From: Octopus bimaculoides
Taxonomy: Eukaryota
NCBI RefSeq assembly: GCF_001194135.2
Contig: NC_069003.1
Span: forward strand, 3,276,223-3,340,222
DNA length: 64,000 nt
Direction of reading: 5' to 3'
Of the stretch, positions 13,912 through 28,732 are shown in pieces (position 1 is the stretch's first letter; the number at the start of each line of letters is the position of its first letter). The translations under genes and the position numbers were made by a program. A model generated the notes under the pieces. That model searched no databases. It was not told the origin of the DNA and saw nothing but the letters and a program-made list of their open reading frames with translations.

Positions 13912-14854
13912 CATATATGCACACACATATACATATGTACATACCTATATATACATATACATACATATATTACATGCACACACACACACACAATAGGAAA
14001 CACTCTGAAAACACACACACACGTTAGAAAACCATACGTATTTTGTCATACAGTATGATTGATGGCGTTATTAAATCCACTTTAAAATTGTATATCAAGG
14101 AGTGTTATCTTTTTTCCTTAACTAGTTATTATATTCCGTATATAACTAACATGAAAATACTTGGCAATTCCTTACAATGCCTAATAAAATATCCTTCGTA
14201 TATAGCTATGTGTTATTTCTCTATCAGATATTGATCTCAAATATTGGGAAGAAAGTGTCTCCTTCCAGTTCACTCCGCGTGAGTCCATTAAATCTTAACC
14301 TAGATCTGTGTTCGAATAGATCGTTAGTGTTTGCCAACCAGTTCTCACCCATGTTACTCTAAACAACAGATGTGATACCGTTCGAAACTAAACGAATCTT
14401 TTACAGATTCGTTTGTGAATTGAGCGTGCTTCAGAATGAAAAGCCACAACAATATTTCAGTGAGAAGTCATAATATTCCTATGAGAAGCAGCGATCTCAG
14501 CTATTATTAGCTCTGCAACATAATTTGTTCGAAGGAATTCGACAAGCAGGACTTTAAAATTACACCAAATTGCTCAGATGACTATATATTTTAAGAATGT
14601 ACAATTATGGTTTGATCTGTTATATACTGTAACAACGTATAATTTTATAAACAATACCTTAGATTTATGGGGTTGATAACTTTGACATAGCGGCTACGAA
14701 CCCAATAATTTACTCGTATAGTAATATCTTTCTAGCAGAACTCGTGCGGAATTGCCACGTTGGATAAATGTTCTTTCTATCATTTTGATGCATAAATTGA
14801 AAGTTAAGAGCTGTAAGAATCATTACCATACAGAGCAAAATAATTAACGGCATT

Positions 14855-15022
14855 TCTTCTGTCTTTACGTTCTGTATTCTGTATTCCAATTCCGCCAAGG
14901 TCGACTTTGTATTTCAAACCTTCGGGGTCGGTAAAATAAATACCTGCTGATCACTGGGGTCTATGAAATCGTTTTAATCACTCACCTACCTTTCTGGCCT
15001 TGTGCCAAAATTTCAAAACCAT
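14855..15022 (+). mobile_element. SINE family A, 5'-truncated
   Basis: aattccgccaaggtcgactttg, cttcggggtcggtaaaat, cactggggtctat, ggccttgtgccaaaatttcaaaacc. Confidence 0.65.
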
Positions 15023-15758
15023 TCTGATACATAAATTCACCCATCTTCGTAACATTGTTTGGTTATTTCTACATATTTCTCTTACTCTTTGGTACCTAAT
15101 TGGCTGAAGGTGTTGCATTCGAACTTCTTTGATAATGTCGAGTGTATCTTCCAATTTGTTCCCAGGTTCCGTTGTTATAAACCTTAACTTTCGACCATAT
15201 ATCGTTAAAAACAGAATCTGTTGACTATTTTCAAATAGATTATAATATCAGGACATCACACACACACAAGAAAAAAGCAGTTAGAAATTACATATGCTTT
15301 AAAGTATGAAACATTCAATATAAATATAATTAAGATATATCTAACACGAAACGAAATTACGAGTGACGCACGCTACACATTCATAACTTATGAAATTACA
15401 GTAATGTGTGTTTGTCCTTTTTAAAATAAGATTATGAGATACCGCTGCTGCAAAATGCAGATTTTATAGCAAAATTAAACAGCGTTATTAAGAACTGACT
15501 AACTGCAACATACTAATTTCTTAATGAATATATCATGAATATATTTCACAACAAACTAAAAATATAAAAGAAATTGCAGCTATGATAGATTGTTGTAATA
15601 AAGCATTGAACAAATACAAGCTATAGACCCTAACGTTATGACATCTTTTGTTTGCTGGTCACGTAGCAATCCTGCGTTCCTTTACGTTCGGTCACGTAAC
15701 ATGTCGGCTGATCGTATGCATTTAGTCAAATGACGTGTCGTCTGTTATATTCTGGACT

Positions 15759-16066
<308 letters not shown>

Positions 16067-16445
16067 TGTCATGTCGTCTACTCTCACATTTTCAACGTGT
16101 TATGATCGCCACATTCACCCACGTGATGGTGCCGCCTGTTTTTATTTTTTTCTCTTTTTAAGTTAATCCATGTCCTCTCCTTCTTCATTTCTCTATCTGT
16201 CTCTCGTCATTATTGTTCCATCTTTCTGTTTACGTTCCTTATTTCTCACACTATTTACTTTCTAATTCGCTCTCGTTCTTTTCGTTCTCTTTATCAGCCT
16301 GTCACTTTCTTTCGCTTGTCTTTTCTTCCGCTAACAGACGCAATACTCTTTCCTTTCAAATTCAATCATTCTCCATTTCAGAAATACATTCTATTTAGCT
16401 GTCAATCGCTGTTTTTTTCTGTCCTTCTGTCTAGCAGCTTATGTA

Positions 16446-16678
16446 TAAGGTGCGGTAGAAAGGTTGTCCCGAATTCAAAGGTTAATGAAAAGCAAAACAC
16501 GTGAAGATACGCGAAAAGAACGATACTCTCCACTCTAGACCACGTTGGGTATCAACTGAAACAGAAAAACAAATCGCATTTAATGAACATCATAGAAATA
16601 CAAAGATTTTTCATGCATCTTCTTGTGCTTGTCTTTTATTAACCTTTGAAATCGGGGCAGCCTTTCTGGCGCACCCTG
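16446..16678. mobile_element. Tc1/mariner MITE
   Basis: Inverted termini ta|taaggtgcggtagaaaggttgtcccgaattcaaaggtta and the reverse complement of the right end ta|cagggtgcgccagaaaggctgccccgatttcaaaggtta (34/41 including TA); TA on both flanks. Confidence 0.8.
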
Positions 16679-16739
16679 TATTTCAGTTAAACACTGTAAG
16701 GTCACCTAGTAAAATAATGAATTGAAATCTGTCAACTGA

Positions 16740-16810
16740 AAACCTAGCCCTCTACGAAATACCGCTAAGCATTTCACCCGGCGTGCTTACGTTTCTGTCA
16801 GCTCTGCCTC
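16740..16810 (-). mobile_element. SINE family A 5' fragment
   Basis: cgaaataccgctaagcatttcacccggcgtgcttacgtttctgtcagctc is the reverse complement of the family A head. Confidence 0.65.
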
Positions 16811-17376
16811 CCTAGATGTTGCTGTTCAACAGGGGGAAACCAACATTCGTGACTGTAAGTTCTATCAGTGAGGTTTAGAGACGTCTCCAGGTGAAGATGC
16901 TAATATTTCGTTACGAAATGTTTCCATAGCCATCATGTTCACCACTTTCTTTCTTATCATAAGAGTGTGTCTTTCTGGTTATGATAATAATAATTGTTTG
17001 AAATTAATTATTTATGTATTTCCCTGTGATTGTTACTGAAAACATATGTTCTGCCTTGTTGAATATAAATTCCTCTGCTTCTCATTTTTGTAAATTTTTA
17101 TGAAAATAAATGACGCCAGAATAATATAAATGTTTTTATAAACGAGTATTTTGGGAAAAGGAAAAACTAAGTTTGACATTCTTAAGAGCAGAACAAGCAA
17201 TGTATTGCGCCATTGGTTAGTTCTGCTACCAAAACTTAAAAGATATTAACTGAAAGGAAAAAAATGTAATAATAATGGCTTAATTGAGCAAAGTTGACAA
17301 CAAATATAAACTCACGTAATGATAACAGCATTACCTCTCACGCTTTTGTAATCATAATAATTAATTAATGATGACT

Positions 17377-17378
17377 TC

Positions 17379-17445
<67 letters not shown>

Positions 17446-17684
17446 TGATGATGATGATGATGATGATGCTGATGATGATGATGATAATAATTACAATAAT
17501 AATGATTAATAAGACGCAAATGTTCCAGGAGAACTCTGCAAAACTTTATATTTTTTTTCTTTTTTTTTTCGGCGCTCTAACGATTCTGCTAGATCACCGG
17601 CCGTAATAGCAAAAACAATAACGATGATGATGATGATGATGATGATGATGGTGGTGGTCGTGGTGGTGGTGGTGGTGGTGGCGG

Positions 17685-17716
<32 letters not shown>

Positions 17717-17869
17717 GTGGTGCTAATGATGATGGTGATGGTGGCGATGAGGATGATGATGAGGTTTCGAACGATGAAGAGAAGGGGATTGGAACAACGA
17801 TAATGATGATGACGATGGTGTTGAAGAAGAAGAAGAAATTCGGGCGATGATCATGATCATGTTAGTGAC

Positions 17870-17900
<31 letters not shown>
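17377..17900. repeat. Compound (AAT)n(GAT)n(GGT)n microsatellites
   Basis: Directly visible. Confidence 0.9.
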
Positions 17901-18039
17901 GTAACCAAAATACCGATCAACAGGTAAAAGAAAACAAGAAACAACTACAGCAGCGCAAAATCTTAATGAGGTAGAAAGACGAGAGAAGCCAGTTAAAACC
18001 ATTCGGACGAAAGAACTAAACAAACATACGAAGGTTAGA

Positions 18040-18670
18040 ACTGATTTCGGAGTGAAGCGAACGAGAGAGAGAAGGAGAGAGGGAGAGAGAGAGGGGGAGA
18101 GAGAGGGAGAGGGAGAGGGAGAGGGGGAGGGGGCATAGGCGAAGAATGTCAATATTATGGAACGAGATAGGCGTGTTTCCAATAACGGAGAAGAAACTGG
18201 AAGGAGGAACAGGTTGTGTAAAACCATTTTGGTTATCTATTCACGTTGAGATTAAGAGAAATTAAACTGGAAATAGAAAAGCCAAAAATGCGTGGGTGGC
18301 ACGGTGGGTGGCACGGTGAAGATACTGGAAACTGAAGGGAATGCAGTGAGGGAGGGAGAGGAAGAGAGAGAGGGAAGGAGAGAGGGAGAGAGAATGAGAA
18401 AGAGAAGAAGGGAGCGAGGGGAACGGTAGCAAGTGAGAGTGGGAGAGAGAAAGGAGAAAGAACGAGAGCGAGAGCGAGAGAGCGAGAGCGAGAGAGAAAG
18501 GGAGTGAGAGAATGAGAGAAAGAGAGAAAGCATGAGAGATGGCAGTCAGAAAGGCAGGAACAGAGTGAGAGAAGCAGAGAGGGAGAGCGAAAGAGAAAAC
18601 GAGCGAGTGAGAGAGAGAGAGAGAGAGAGAGATTACGAGTGAGAGGGAGAGAGAGAGAGAGAGAGATTAA
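18040..18670. repeat. GA-rich polypurine low-complexity tract
   Basis: Directly visible, with a short unique interruption. Confidence 0.85.
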
Positions 18671-18689
18671 GTAACTGCATTAAATATGC

Positions 18690-19240
18690 TGATTTGGATA
18701 AGGATCACAATGTCTGGCTATTTGGAATGAGAAGGCGATCGAACTAGCAACAGGTAAGATATTAGAGTCACTTAATCAAAACAGTTATGAAAAACAAAGT
18801 GACCTTACGGATATAATAAAAAAGACGATAAAGAGATTAAACGGAGATGAATTGACACAGCTATGTGATATGCGCTATTTATGTCTCTCCTAACAGTAAA
18901 TAATCTATAAGGATCCCTGCTAGGAGCAATGGCAACAGACGTGGGGTCCAAGGTAGGTAAACAGAGGAGGTAAGGAAGTATAGAAGAAATATTCAACAGC
19001 AGCTACTATGGAAATGTTAACAAGTTTCTTCACAAATAAGATCTATATACAATTACTTCTGGACAAACCGACATATTCAGGAACACTATAGAGAAAGCAA
19101 GAGGTATAAAAGTGAAAATATTAACCGACAAGATGGTTTAAGAAACTAGACAATGAATTATGGGGCTTCACTACAGAAACGCATATGAAACGGTACCCCA
19201 CTCTTGGATCTAAAATTCACTGAAAACGCTGGAAATTTTA
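18690..19240 (+). mobile_element. R4/Dong-type non-LTR reverse transcriptase relic
   Basis: ILTDKMV*...MGLHYRNAYETVPHSWI*NSLK (about 19120-19225) matches the R4-clade RT motif LIDKMV...WIDYRKAYDSVPHSWI; upstream part is weaker. Confidence 0.6.
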
Positions 19241-19426
19241 AGTAAAATAAGTGAATCTATACTGAGTAAGCATGTGGAATTAGGAAACGGAATTAAGAAT
19301 TAGAGGACATCTGACTATCATTGCCAATTTATCACTCTCCCTGGAAATAAGAAAACGAACAGCTTCATACACGTAAGGGGGAAACGGGAGTTATTCAAAT
19401 CCTTGCTGTTCATGGATGGTCTAAAA

Positions 19427-19772
19427 CAGTGGTTCTAAACCCTTTTTTTAAAAATCTCTGGAACCCTTTGATCTTTTATCTTGATGCCCCCCACCACACA
19501 CACACACACACATACACGCAGCCATTCCACGTTTAAAAACCAACTTTATGGATATTTCTTTCCAACATTTCTATTTTGTTTTTCTCGCATTCACAACTGT
19601 ATATCGAACTATGTACTCGTAAGAAAGTACAGAAAGAAATGTAACTAGTCTTTTGCAATAACCGCATCAAAAGAAACCTTTTTCTCACGGACACTTAAAA
19701 TACTACTTGTGGATCTCCGGGTTGCTCTTCTGCTTGCGCGGACCCCACAGGGACTCCGGTTGTGAATCACTG
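19427..19772. mobile_element. hAT (Charlie-like) MITE
   Basis: TIRs cagtggttctaaacc / ggttgtgaatcactg (12/15). 8-bp flanks gtctaaaa and atctaaag (6/8) resemble the NTCTAGAN target preference of hAT-Charlie. Confidence 0.75.
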
Positions 19773-20639
19773 ATCTAAAGTAATCCGGCAAAGCACGAGA
19801 GGAAATTGTATACCGTAGTCAGTCATGTGAAGGTATTTATCAACGACATCAGAATGCGGAAACCATCCTTAATGAATGCAAGAAAATAGCATAAAATTGT
19901 GGGGGAAAATATTGTAAACGAGAATACGATACGGAAGATTGTGGCAGAAAAAGGCTAGAAATGACCACGGATCTTGGAATAAGAAATAATTAATCGATAT
20001 GATGATGATAAAAGCTTTGATGATGACAACAGTATTAACAGCAATGTTGTCGTTACTACTGACGTGCATAGCAATAACAATGTTAAAGATGTAGACATTA
20101 ACATATCCGGGTATCAGATTGCTTCTAATAAGCAAATTTGGCGTATAATGACGTTGGAAGTCGGCAACGTTCCATAAAAGGTGAACAAGTAAAAGATGCC
20201 AACGATAAATGGATGAAGTACTTGCTAAGACACTTAAAGCTGAATTAATTCATATGAATTGTAAGTATACTTTAAATATACCCACTCTTAAAGATCATGA
20301 TTAATTAAAGAAAGCTATCAGCAATGAAGAAACGGATCCTCAATTAAAGTACCCAATTAAATAATTTCCTATGCATTTGCAACTCAGGACATTCGATTAT
20401 AACGGATTAAATACAATCCGCCGTTTGAAATGACAGAAGATGCCGACACATGATAGACAATTCAAAGAGTTAATTAAAGTAACAGAATAGATATTTGAAA
20501 GAGGGAAGAAAGCAAGACAACCCAGATTACAGGATTTAACTGTTCCAGAAGAATTTAAGAAATAGGTACCATGCAATGGTTAAATAACACCGAAGCAATG
20601 CCCACATCTACTTGCACATGTGTTGGCATCCACCTGGGG

Positions 20640-20760
20640 TGGGTTTCAGCCGGTTTCGAACAATGCGTTCCACACGTCTCTTACTAATGCTGACCATATC
20701 CGACGGGTGGTACTCTGGGAGAGTATACGAGTCGGTTAGCGCGGAGAAGGTATCCGCAGC
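20640..20760 (-). mobile_element. RTE LINE 3'-end relic
   Basis: Minus strand reads PRVPP... and (other frame) RDVWNALFETG, like RTE RGRP...DR..W..L termini. Confidence 0.4.
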
Positions 20761-21084
20761 TGTTATTTGCTATTGAAGTGTAGAGTTCATTTTCGGAATT
20801 TCGATGGGGATACAAGTTCAAATGTAGTCCCCAGTCACAAACAGACGCATCGTTTACATGTAATATACTTTTTTGGAAGATTCACGTTTATACACATAGT
20901 GTGACAAGGCTGTCTATTTTAAGTTCAAGTGGAACACATTTTTTTCAGTAGAGTGTACTCGAGCATCGGGAAATAAATCGTCTTAATCAAGAGCATAACG
21001 CACTGCTGAGAAACGAACTCTCGACCCTACAACTTTGAGCCGAACGCCCTAACCACTTAACCACCAGCTTTCGCTATTTCACCA

Positions 21085-21180
21085 ATACTAGCGTGAGGAA
21101 AAGCAAAGGCGAATCCGCCGAGATTTGAACTTAGAAGGTAAAGAGTCGGAAGTGATACTGTAAAGCCTCTGTAGAATGAA
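21085..21180 (-). mobile_element. SINE family A fragment
   Basis: aaaagcaaaggcgaatccgccgagatttgaacttagaa is the reverse complement of the family A B-box region. Confidence 0.5.
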
Positions 21181-22049
21181 AGGCTTAGATAGCAAATGGG
21201 TAACATTTGCTATAATGTGCTGAGGTAGAGTGAAATATTATGTTTGTATTGTACTGAAACCTTACGATTTTCATACGGCTCTTACCGTTGTAATCACCAG
21301 AAATCTGTGCAGTTTGTCCAAATAACATGGAAATAAAATAATTTTGTGACGATAAATTATGCAACGACAAAGAGCTGAAATATGTGAAGCCGGGTTTTTA
21401 ATCGTTTGTGTTTGGTTTATGATTGCGATTTCTGTTTGTGATAGAGTGATTTAAACAGTAATCCTAAGTAGTAAATATTCCATGGTGGCTTCATTCATGG
21501 TGCATGGCTGATTGATGAAACAGAAATTAAAGGCTTGTTATACGTATTTCGCCATTTAATCGTAACTAACGTTATCACAGATGAAATGCGGTATACCGTT
21601 TGTGATAAACATGTAATCCTGATCAGAGAGAGACAGAGAGTGAGAGAGAGGGAGAGGGAGAAAAAGAGAGGGGTAGAGAGAGGAAGAGAGAATGGAGCGA
21701 AGTGAGGGAGAGAGGGGTAGGGGTGGAAGTTATAGAGGAAATCTGATAAAGCTTGAAACTCGAAATCGATATAGTTCGATGGACCAGTGAGTGATTGTGG
21801 GAAGCATGCTAGGAAGAAGAGAGTGTTGGTGATGGTATTCCGTATTTCGTAGATCATATGGAAAGCGATAAAGTAGGTTTCGTGTAATTAATGCTTTTCA
21901 TTACTTTTTCTCTCCCTTTGAACATTGTTTTTTATTTATTTTTTGTTTTTCTTCTCTCCCCCCACCCCACCAACAACCCCACTTCATTTCAGATGTTTCA
22001 TGGCGTTGCGTATAATGCAATCGCTCTTAACAGAAACAATAAAAAGAAC

Positions 22050-22438
<389 letters not shown>

Positions 22439-22439
22439 A

Positions 22440-22730
22440 ATGAGCTACAGCAAATATTCTGCTCAGTACCACAGATTTGCTTGTCAGTTGTATGACCTTA
22501 ACCAGTTGAGCATGTCACTTGGTGGCTGGCGATATGTGCATCTCTGATCACGAGCAGAAGTAAAGTGGGGTGCATCATAGCCAAGTGTTGAGAAGAATTA
22601 TTTTGGGGTTTGAATAATTCACCTGCGGAAGCATAGGTATTTTGTTCAACATCTTTACACAACCTTATTCAGGGAGGTTTCGAGCGGGATGGGCTACGAG
22701 GCAGAACGACGAAAAGAAAACATAGATTCT
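22440..22730 (+). mobile_element. Interspersed repeat abutting the (AAT/AAC)n array, probable non-LTR UTR
   Basis: gctacagcaaatattctgctcagtaccacagatttgcttgtcagttg... recalled as a recurrent microsatellite-associated octopus repeat; not verified by search. Confidence 0.4.
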
Positions 22731-22748
22731 CACCAAGGGAACTGACTT

Positions 22749-22880
22749 CAGCAACAAGACCAAGCAAAATCTCAAAGATTACCAAAATTTCAGAAGAGAA
22801 ACAAATTTTACAAGCAAGACAAGCTGTTCACACCGAATGCGAAAAACGTTCTTCAGAGAAATAGGGAAGAAGAAAAAACT
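22749..22880 (+). mobile_element. R4/Dong ORF fragment (pre-RT region)
   Basis: QQQDQAKSQRLPKFQKRNKFYKQDKLFTPNAK then (shifted) TFFREIGKK, like R4 QAKAQRLRRFEKRNKFYRQNKLF..NAK.FYREIGK. Confidence 0.7.
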
Positions 22881-23584
22881 GTTGGAGAAATTCCGTTATT
22901 CGAAAATCAAACAAACACTTAGTAATAAACAACATTTCGCACCTATTATACCACTAACTCTCCCGGGATATTAATATGTCACAAAAACAATCAAGTACAG
23001 AATATAAACACAACGCAAAAGACAGATTGCTTGTAAAAGTAAAATAAAGGCATCATATCTAACTTTCGAAAGGATACTGATTTGCCATCCTTTTTAGCGT
23101 GTGAATCATAATGCTACCATGTTTTACACTCCATGAAAGCTGTCACTTCAAACTAAGACTTGGTAGGCAGAAACAATATGTTTCTCTGGTTCTTCACTAC
23201 ATTCACATGTTTTGTATTTATGTTTTGTACACGGTTTCCTATTTTAAATTCTGATAGTTTGTATAACATTTTCCTTTATGTAATTCTTCTCTATTCTTTG
23301 TTGTAAGGTATTTTGAAGGAAGAACTTTCTTTGACATCAACTCAGCTTCTACTTCAGCAGTTTCCCCCTATCTTTTTTGTGGGGTTTTATGCATTTATCT
23401 TAACTATATTTTTTCATATTTATTTTAGATTTTTTTTTCTTACAACGGTCTGTTACTTCGGTTTCTCTTCTGCAATTGTGCTTGCTACAAAACTAGAAAT
23501 GAAAATCCTTTTCCTTCTTTTTGTGTGTGTGCGTAGGTGGGTGGAGTGATGATGTTGTTCATATTTTTTAAGATTTTATATTTG

Positions 23585-23810
23585 TAGGCGAAGGAGTGAC
23601 TGTGTGGTAAGTTGCTTGCTTACCAACCACATGGTTCCAGGTTCACCCTGGGCAAGTGTCTTCAACAATAGCTTCGGGTCGATCAAAGCCTTGTGAGTGA
23701 ACTTCATAGACGGAAACCGAAAGAAGCCCGTCATTTTACTCGACTAAATGCGGTGCTCCAGCTTGGTCGCAGTCAAATGACTGAAGGCAAATAAAAAAAA
23801 GAATAAAAGA
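23585..23810 (+). mobile_element. SINE family B, internally deleted
   Basis: ggcgaaggagtgactgtgtggtaag head, gggcaagtgtcttc, gacggaaaccgaaagaagcccgtc joined directly to cgactaaatgcggtgctccagc tail. Confidence 0.8.
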
Positions 23811-23959
23811 ATTCCTTTTTATTATTTCTTAGATATCATGGTGATATATAATATTTAGACATTACAACTTATTTTATTAGCATTTTCTCCCTGATGTTTT
23901 ACTATCATAATTATGGGGTGTGTCGTAGCGATAACATTTATTGTTTTTCTGTCTATCAT

Positions 23960-24380
23960 GTTAAATCCCTTTGCTTGCAGTCGACACCATTATAATTAAC
24001 ATAAAGTTTTAATAGACCAGCTAGAGTATTGATACCTCTATACTTTAATTATTTTGCATTTGGTTACTTCTGTCTTCAATATTAATCTAACATTCCTTGC
24101 TAAACTCTCTTTCAATTTCTAAATGCTGTGCGCTGTCTAGTTCATTAATTCCTAATTATGTTGTAGTCTGTATTTAGGATAATTCTCTTATCTCTCTTTC
24201 ATTACGTAAAATGATATTACTGGGGTTCATTAATATCTTACACTTCAAAGCAAACCGTGGCAAACTTTTCTAAATCAAATTTCATATCATTTCATCTAGT
24301 GAATTTGCCTCCTGTCTGTATTATCTGTGACATTGTTTCTAGCTCTTTATGGTCTGCATTGCACAACAATAGGTCGCATA
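23960..24380 (-). mobile_element. R4/Dong RT C-terminal relic
   Basis: Minus-strand pieces DLLLCNADHKELETMSQ, DMKFDLEKFATV, RNVRLILKTE, GINTLA, like R4 DDLKLYA..D.ELE, DIKMKFGLEKCA, RRVRLILKTEL, INTLA. Confidence 0.7.
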
Positions 24381-24489
24381 CATCTCGCCGCAGTTGCATC
24401 CGAGTGCAATTTAGTTTAGTATGTGGGTTAACTATGTTAACGCGGGAATAGAATAAAGTGAGAGAGAAAAATCTCATGAAATCTCCAGG

Positions 24490-24536
<47 letters not shown>

Positions 24537-24553
24537 AATGCACGTCCAATTGA

Positions 24554-24584
<31 letters not shown>

Positions 24585-24629
24585 CAGAATTTTATAATTA
24601 TCATTGTTTTTTTGTTGTTGTTGTTCATT

Positions 24630-25400
<771 letters not shown>

Positions 25401-25656
25401 CGATAGAAATAGATAATTGCAGACGATAAGATTGACAAAACCGCAAGAACTTAAGAGCAGATATTTTATAGTGCTTGTTTTCGCAGTGTCTACATCGATG
25501 TTTTGATTAAGCCGTTGGTATGTTTAACACATTGCGTCTTGAGTGCTTTCAATGGTACCAGATCTTTTGCAAACATTCGGGGACATGATGTCTCCGTTTT
25601 GAGAATGTGACGCTCAAAAACGCATTTAAGAAACAAGATGGATGAGAAAAACACTG

Positions 25657-25824
25657 AAAAACTGGAAAGTGAAAGCGATGCACTCAGGGAAATTGATTGG
25701 AAAGATAAAGGCCCACACCTGGAGGTGTCTGAAGGAAAGTGATCTGAAGTGATGCACTGAGTAATTGGTATGCAACGCCCAGGAATAAACCCTAAGAACT
25801 AATTACAGCAAGTTCCAAATAAAT
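25657..25824 (+). mobile_element. R4/Dong post-RT fragment
   Basis: KNWKVKAMHSGKLIGKIKAHTWRCLKESDLK*CTE*LVCNAQE*TLRTNYSKFQIN, like W..K.MHG...W..SDLK.ETEALICAAQEQALRTNY. Confidence 0.8.
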
Positions 25825-26869
25825 AATAGTAATGAATCGTCATTTTGTGAGATATATGTCAGAAAAAAACAAAACACTCTCCTCTTTTGAATTTACCAGA
25901 CTTTGCGCTTGTACAAGGCGGAAATATTGATTTTATCAATAATTGGGAGATTTTTTTTGTTAGGTTTTCTTTACTTTGTTTTCCGTATCTTTCCTTTCGA
26001 ATTGTTTACTTTGGTTTTACTATTCAAACGCAAGAAGATCTCAATGAGATCCCACTTTCTTTTTAACTTCTGTGACGTTTATCTTCGTGGTATTGATATT
26101 GTCGTCCGTTTCAATCAAGTGAACGGCCATTTGTGCCCATCTTATTGTTGTTGCTTTCTTATCTTTAAGATTTATCTTTTTCGCTTTATCCTTTTTATAC
26201 AAGAACATCCTCTATCGATTACAGATGTTTAAATATTTTCACCTTCGTGTTATTGCTTTATTCAGAATTCACATCTTTAGAATATCTACTTTTAAACATT
26301 TTTCACATTTCATATAATTCATGTTTTCGTTTGTGTTATTCTAGTCCATCTTTTGTTAATACTCTGTAAGTGTTCTACATTGTGACTTCATTGTGTTTCT
26401 GTTATTTTATTAATTTAATTTGCTATCTATATCCTAGATTTTACATTGCGGTTCATTGCGGTATGATTTTAGTAGTATTTTAAGCATTATTGCCGCATTT
26501 TTCATTATATCACTTGTTGTTGTTATGCTTTCTGATTTTCAAATGTTTTTTTTTTTTTTTGTGTTTCTCACACCATTTCTGCTCGGAGAATGTACATTGT
26601 AAAATTACCTAAGCTCTACAAATCCAAATGTACTTTTAGATCAGTGTTGATTTCTTTACCAATATTATACTGAAGATATTTCTAGTTATGTTTTAGAGTA
26701 GAACGTAGCTGCAAGTTATAAGTGTAGTGTAGAAGCGCATTTCTCTTGAATCCATCGTGGATCCAGTTTCTTTTGCTTGTGTGTGTGTTGGGGGGGAGGG
26801 CACATGATTAACAATACATTTCAACCATTTATTAACATTGTCATTATTAGATATTAAAAAAAATAAATG

Positions 26870-27121
26870 TTTCCTTCTCGAGCAATGTCAGTCTCATGAG
26901 GGCCAGTTTCCCGGTTTCTGTGGCATATATATAAAGTCCCCACCTGGAAAGGACGCCGGTCAGTCATAGGATTACTCATTTTTTGCAGCTGAGTGGACTG
27001 GAGCAACATGAAAGGAAGTATTTTGCTCAAGAACACAACGCATCACCCTGTCTAGGGATCGAAACCACAAACTTCCGACCGTGAATCCAACACCCGTAAC
27101 CAATAAGACACGCGTCCTCAC
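26870..27121 (-). mobile_element. tRNA-derived SINE family C
   Basis: Reverse complement has a tRNA-like head (ggtttcgatccc), gttgtgttcttgagcaaaatac...gttgctccagtccactcagctg central domain and agaaaccgggaaactggccc tail; partial second copy at 49560-49672. Confidence 0.75.
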
Positions 27122-27462
27122 TCATTAGATATTACAAGCGCATATATTTCTAACGAACAGAATTATCGCACATAATAATTTTTTACTCATTTCTATACGT
27201 TCAAATGGAAATAAGAATAAAAAATGATAACATCCACACTGTATTTCTTGTTATATACTTGTATTAGGTATTGCAGCCTAGAGAAGGTAATTCAGTTGTG
27301 CACCACTGGTGGGTTTCCTCCCTAGCGCAATTCGACCAGTAGCTTACATTTATGTTATACATTACATACATGAGCAAAGCCGCAACAAAAGTCCTGTGAT
27401 AACCACGAACATGTTTGTTGAAATATTTTCGGCATTTATTTCTCCCTTTTGTTATTTCATAG

Positions 27463-27634
27463 ATGTTTCGGGTCGGAAATCCAGATATATATCAATCGAC
27501 TTCAAATAGAACCGCAATACTTTGACGACATTACATATCAATCTTCTATGAAGCGATTATTTTATAAGGAATTAACAGGATACGAAAGTCTGTATCTTCT
27601 GTTGTTGAAATATAAAAGACTTTAGAATTCACTG
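27463..27634 (+). pseudogene. Plexin-like Sema-domain N-terminal exon, frameshifted
   Basis: Strong acceptor tttctcccttttgttatttcatAG| and donor CACTG|GTAAAT. Reads CFGSEIQIYINRLQIEPQYFDDITYQSSMKRLF, then after a 1-nt loss near 27563-27570 GINRIRKSVSSVVEI*KTLEFT-G. Compare recalled plexin-A [37 protein letters not shown] (matching F-to-G spacing, NRI motif, terminal TG). TAA at 27613. Confidence 0.6.
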
Positions 27635-28732
27635 GTAAATAATGAATTTTCTATTCCCTAACAAAAGACGTTTTATAAAATATTACAGTCTTCTTTCTGA
27701 ACGGTATCACAAATCCACGGGTTACATGTTTGCTTCCATTTAATCTCTCTATCTGTATTCACATGATTAGGAATTAGTGTATGTATATACATATTCGTGT
27801 GTGCGTGTGTGTGTCTTGACATATATATATATATATACATATTTGTGTACATATATATGTGTGTGAGTGCATTTATATATACATATATCTATCTATCTAT
27901 ATATATATATATATATATATATNNNNNNNNNNNNNNNNNNNNNNNNNNNNNNNNNNNNNNNNNNNNNNNNNNNNNNNNNNNNNNNNNNNNNNNNNNNNNN
28001 NNNNNNNNNNNNNNNNNNNNNNNNNNNNNNNNNNNNNNNNNNNNNNNNNNNNNNNNNNNNNNNNNNNNNNNNNNNNNNNNNNNNNNNNNNNNNNNNNNNN
28101 NNNNNNNNNNNNNNNNNNNNNNNNNNNNNNNNNNNNNNNNNNNNNNNNNNNNNNNNNNNNNNNNNNNNNNNNNNNNNNNNNNNNNNNNNNNNNNNNNNNN
28201 NNNNNNNNNNNNNNNNNNNNNNNNNNNNNNNNNNNNNNNNNNNNNNNNNNNNNNNNNNNNNNNNNNNNNNNNNNNNNNNNNNNNNNNNNNNNNNNNNNNN
28301 NNNNNNNNNNNNNNNNNNNNNNNNNNNNNNNNNNNNNNNNNNNNNNNNNNNNNNNNNNNNNNNNNNNNNNNNNNNNNNNNNNNNNNNNNNNNNNNNNNNN
28401 NNNNNNNNNNNNNNNNNNNNNNNNNNNNNNNNNNNNNNNNNNNNNNNNNNNNNNNNNNNNNNNNNNNNNNNNNNNNNNNNNNNNNNNNNNNNNNNNNNNN
28501 NNNNNNNNNNNNNNNNNNNNNNNNNNNNNNNNNNNNNNNNNNNNNNNNNNNNNNNNNNNNNNNNNNNNNNNNNNNNNNNNNNNNNNNNNNNNNNNNNNNN
28601 NNNNNNNNNNNNNNNNNNNNNNNNNNNNNNNNNNNNNNNNNNNNNNNNNNNNNNNNNNNNNNNNNNNNNNNNNNNNNNNNNNNNNNNNNNNNNNNNNNNN
28701 NNNNNNNNNNNNNNNNNNNNNNNNNNNNNNNN

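Noticed and set aside
14225-14360. Minus-strand ELEGDTFFPIF resembling the DHFR GDTFFP motif
   Set aside because: Only a 6-residue match, bounded by stops, with no other DHFR motifs nearby.
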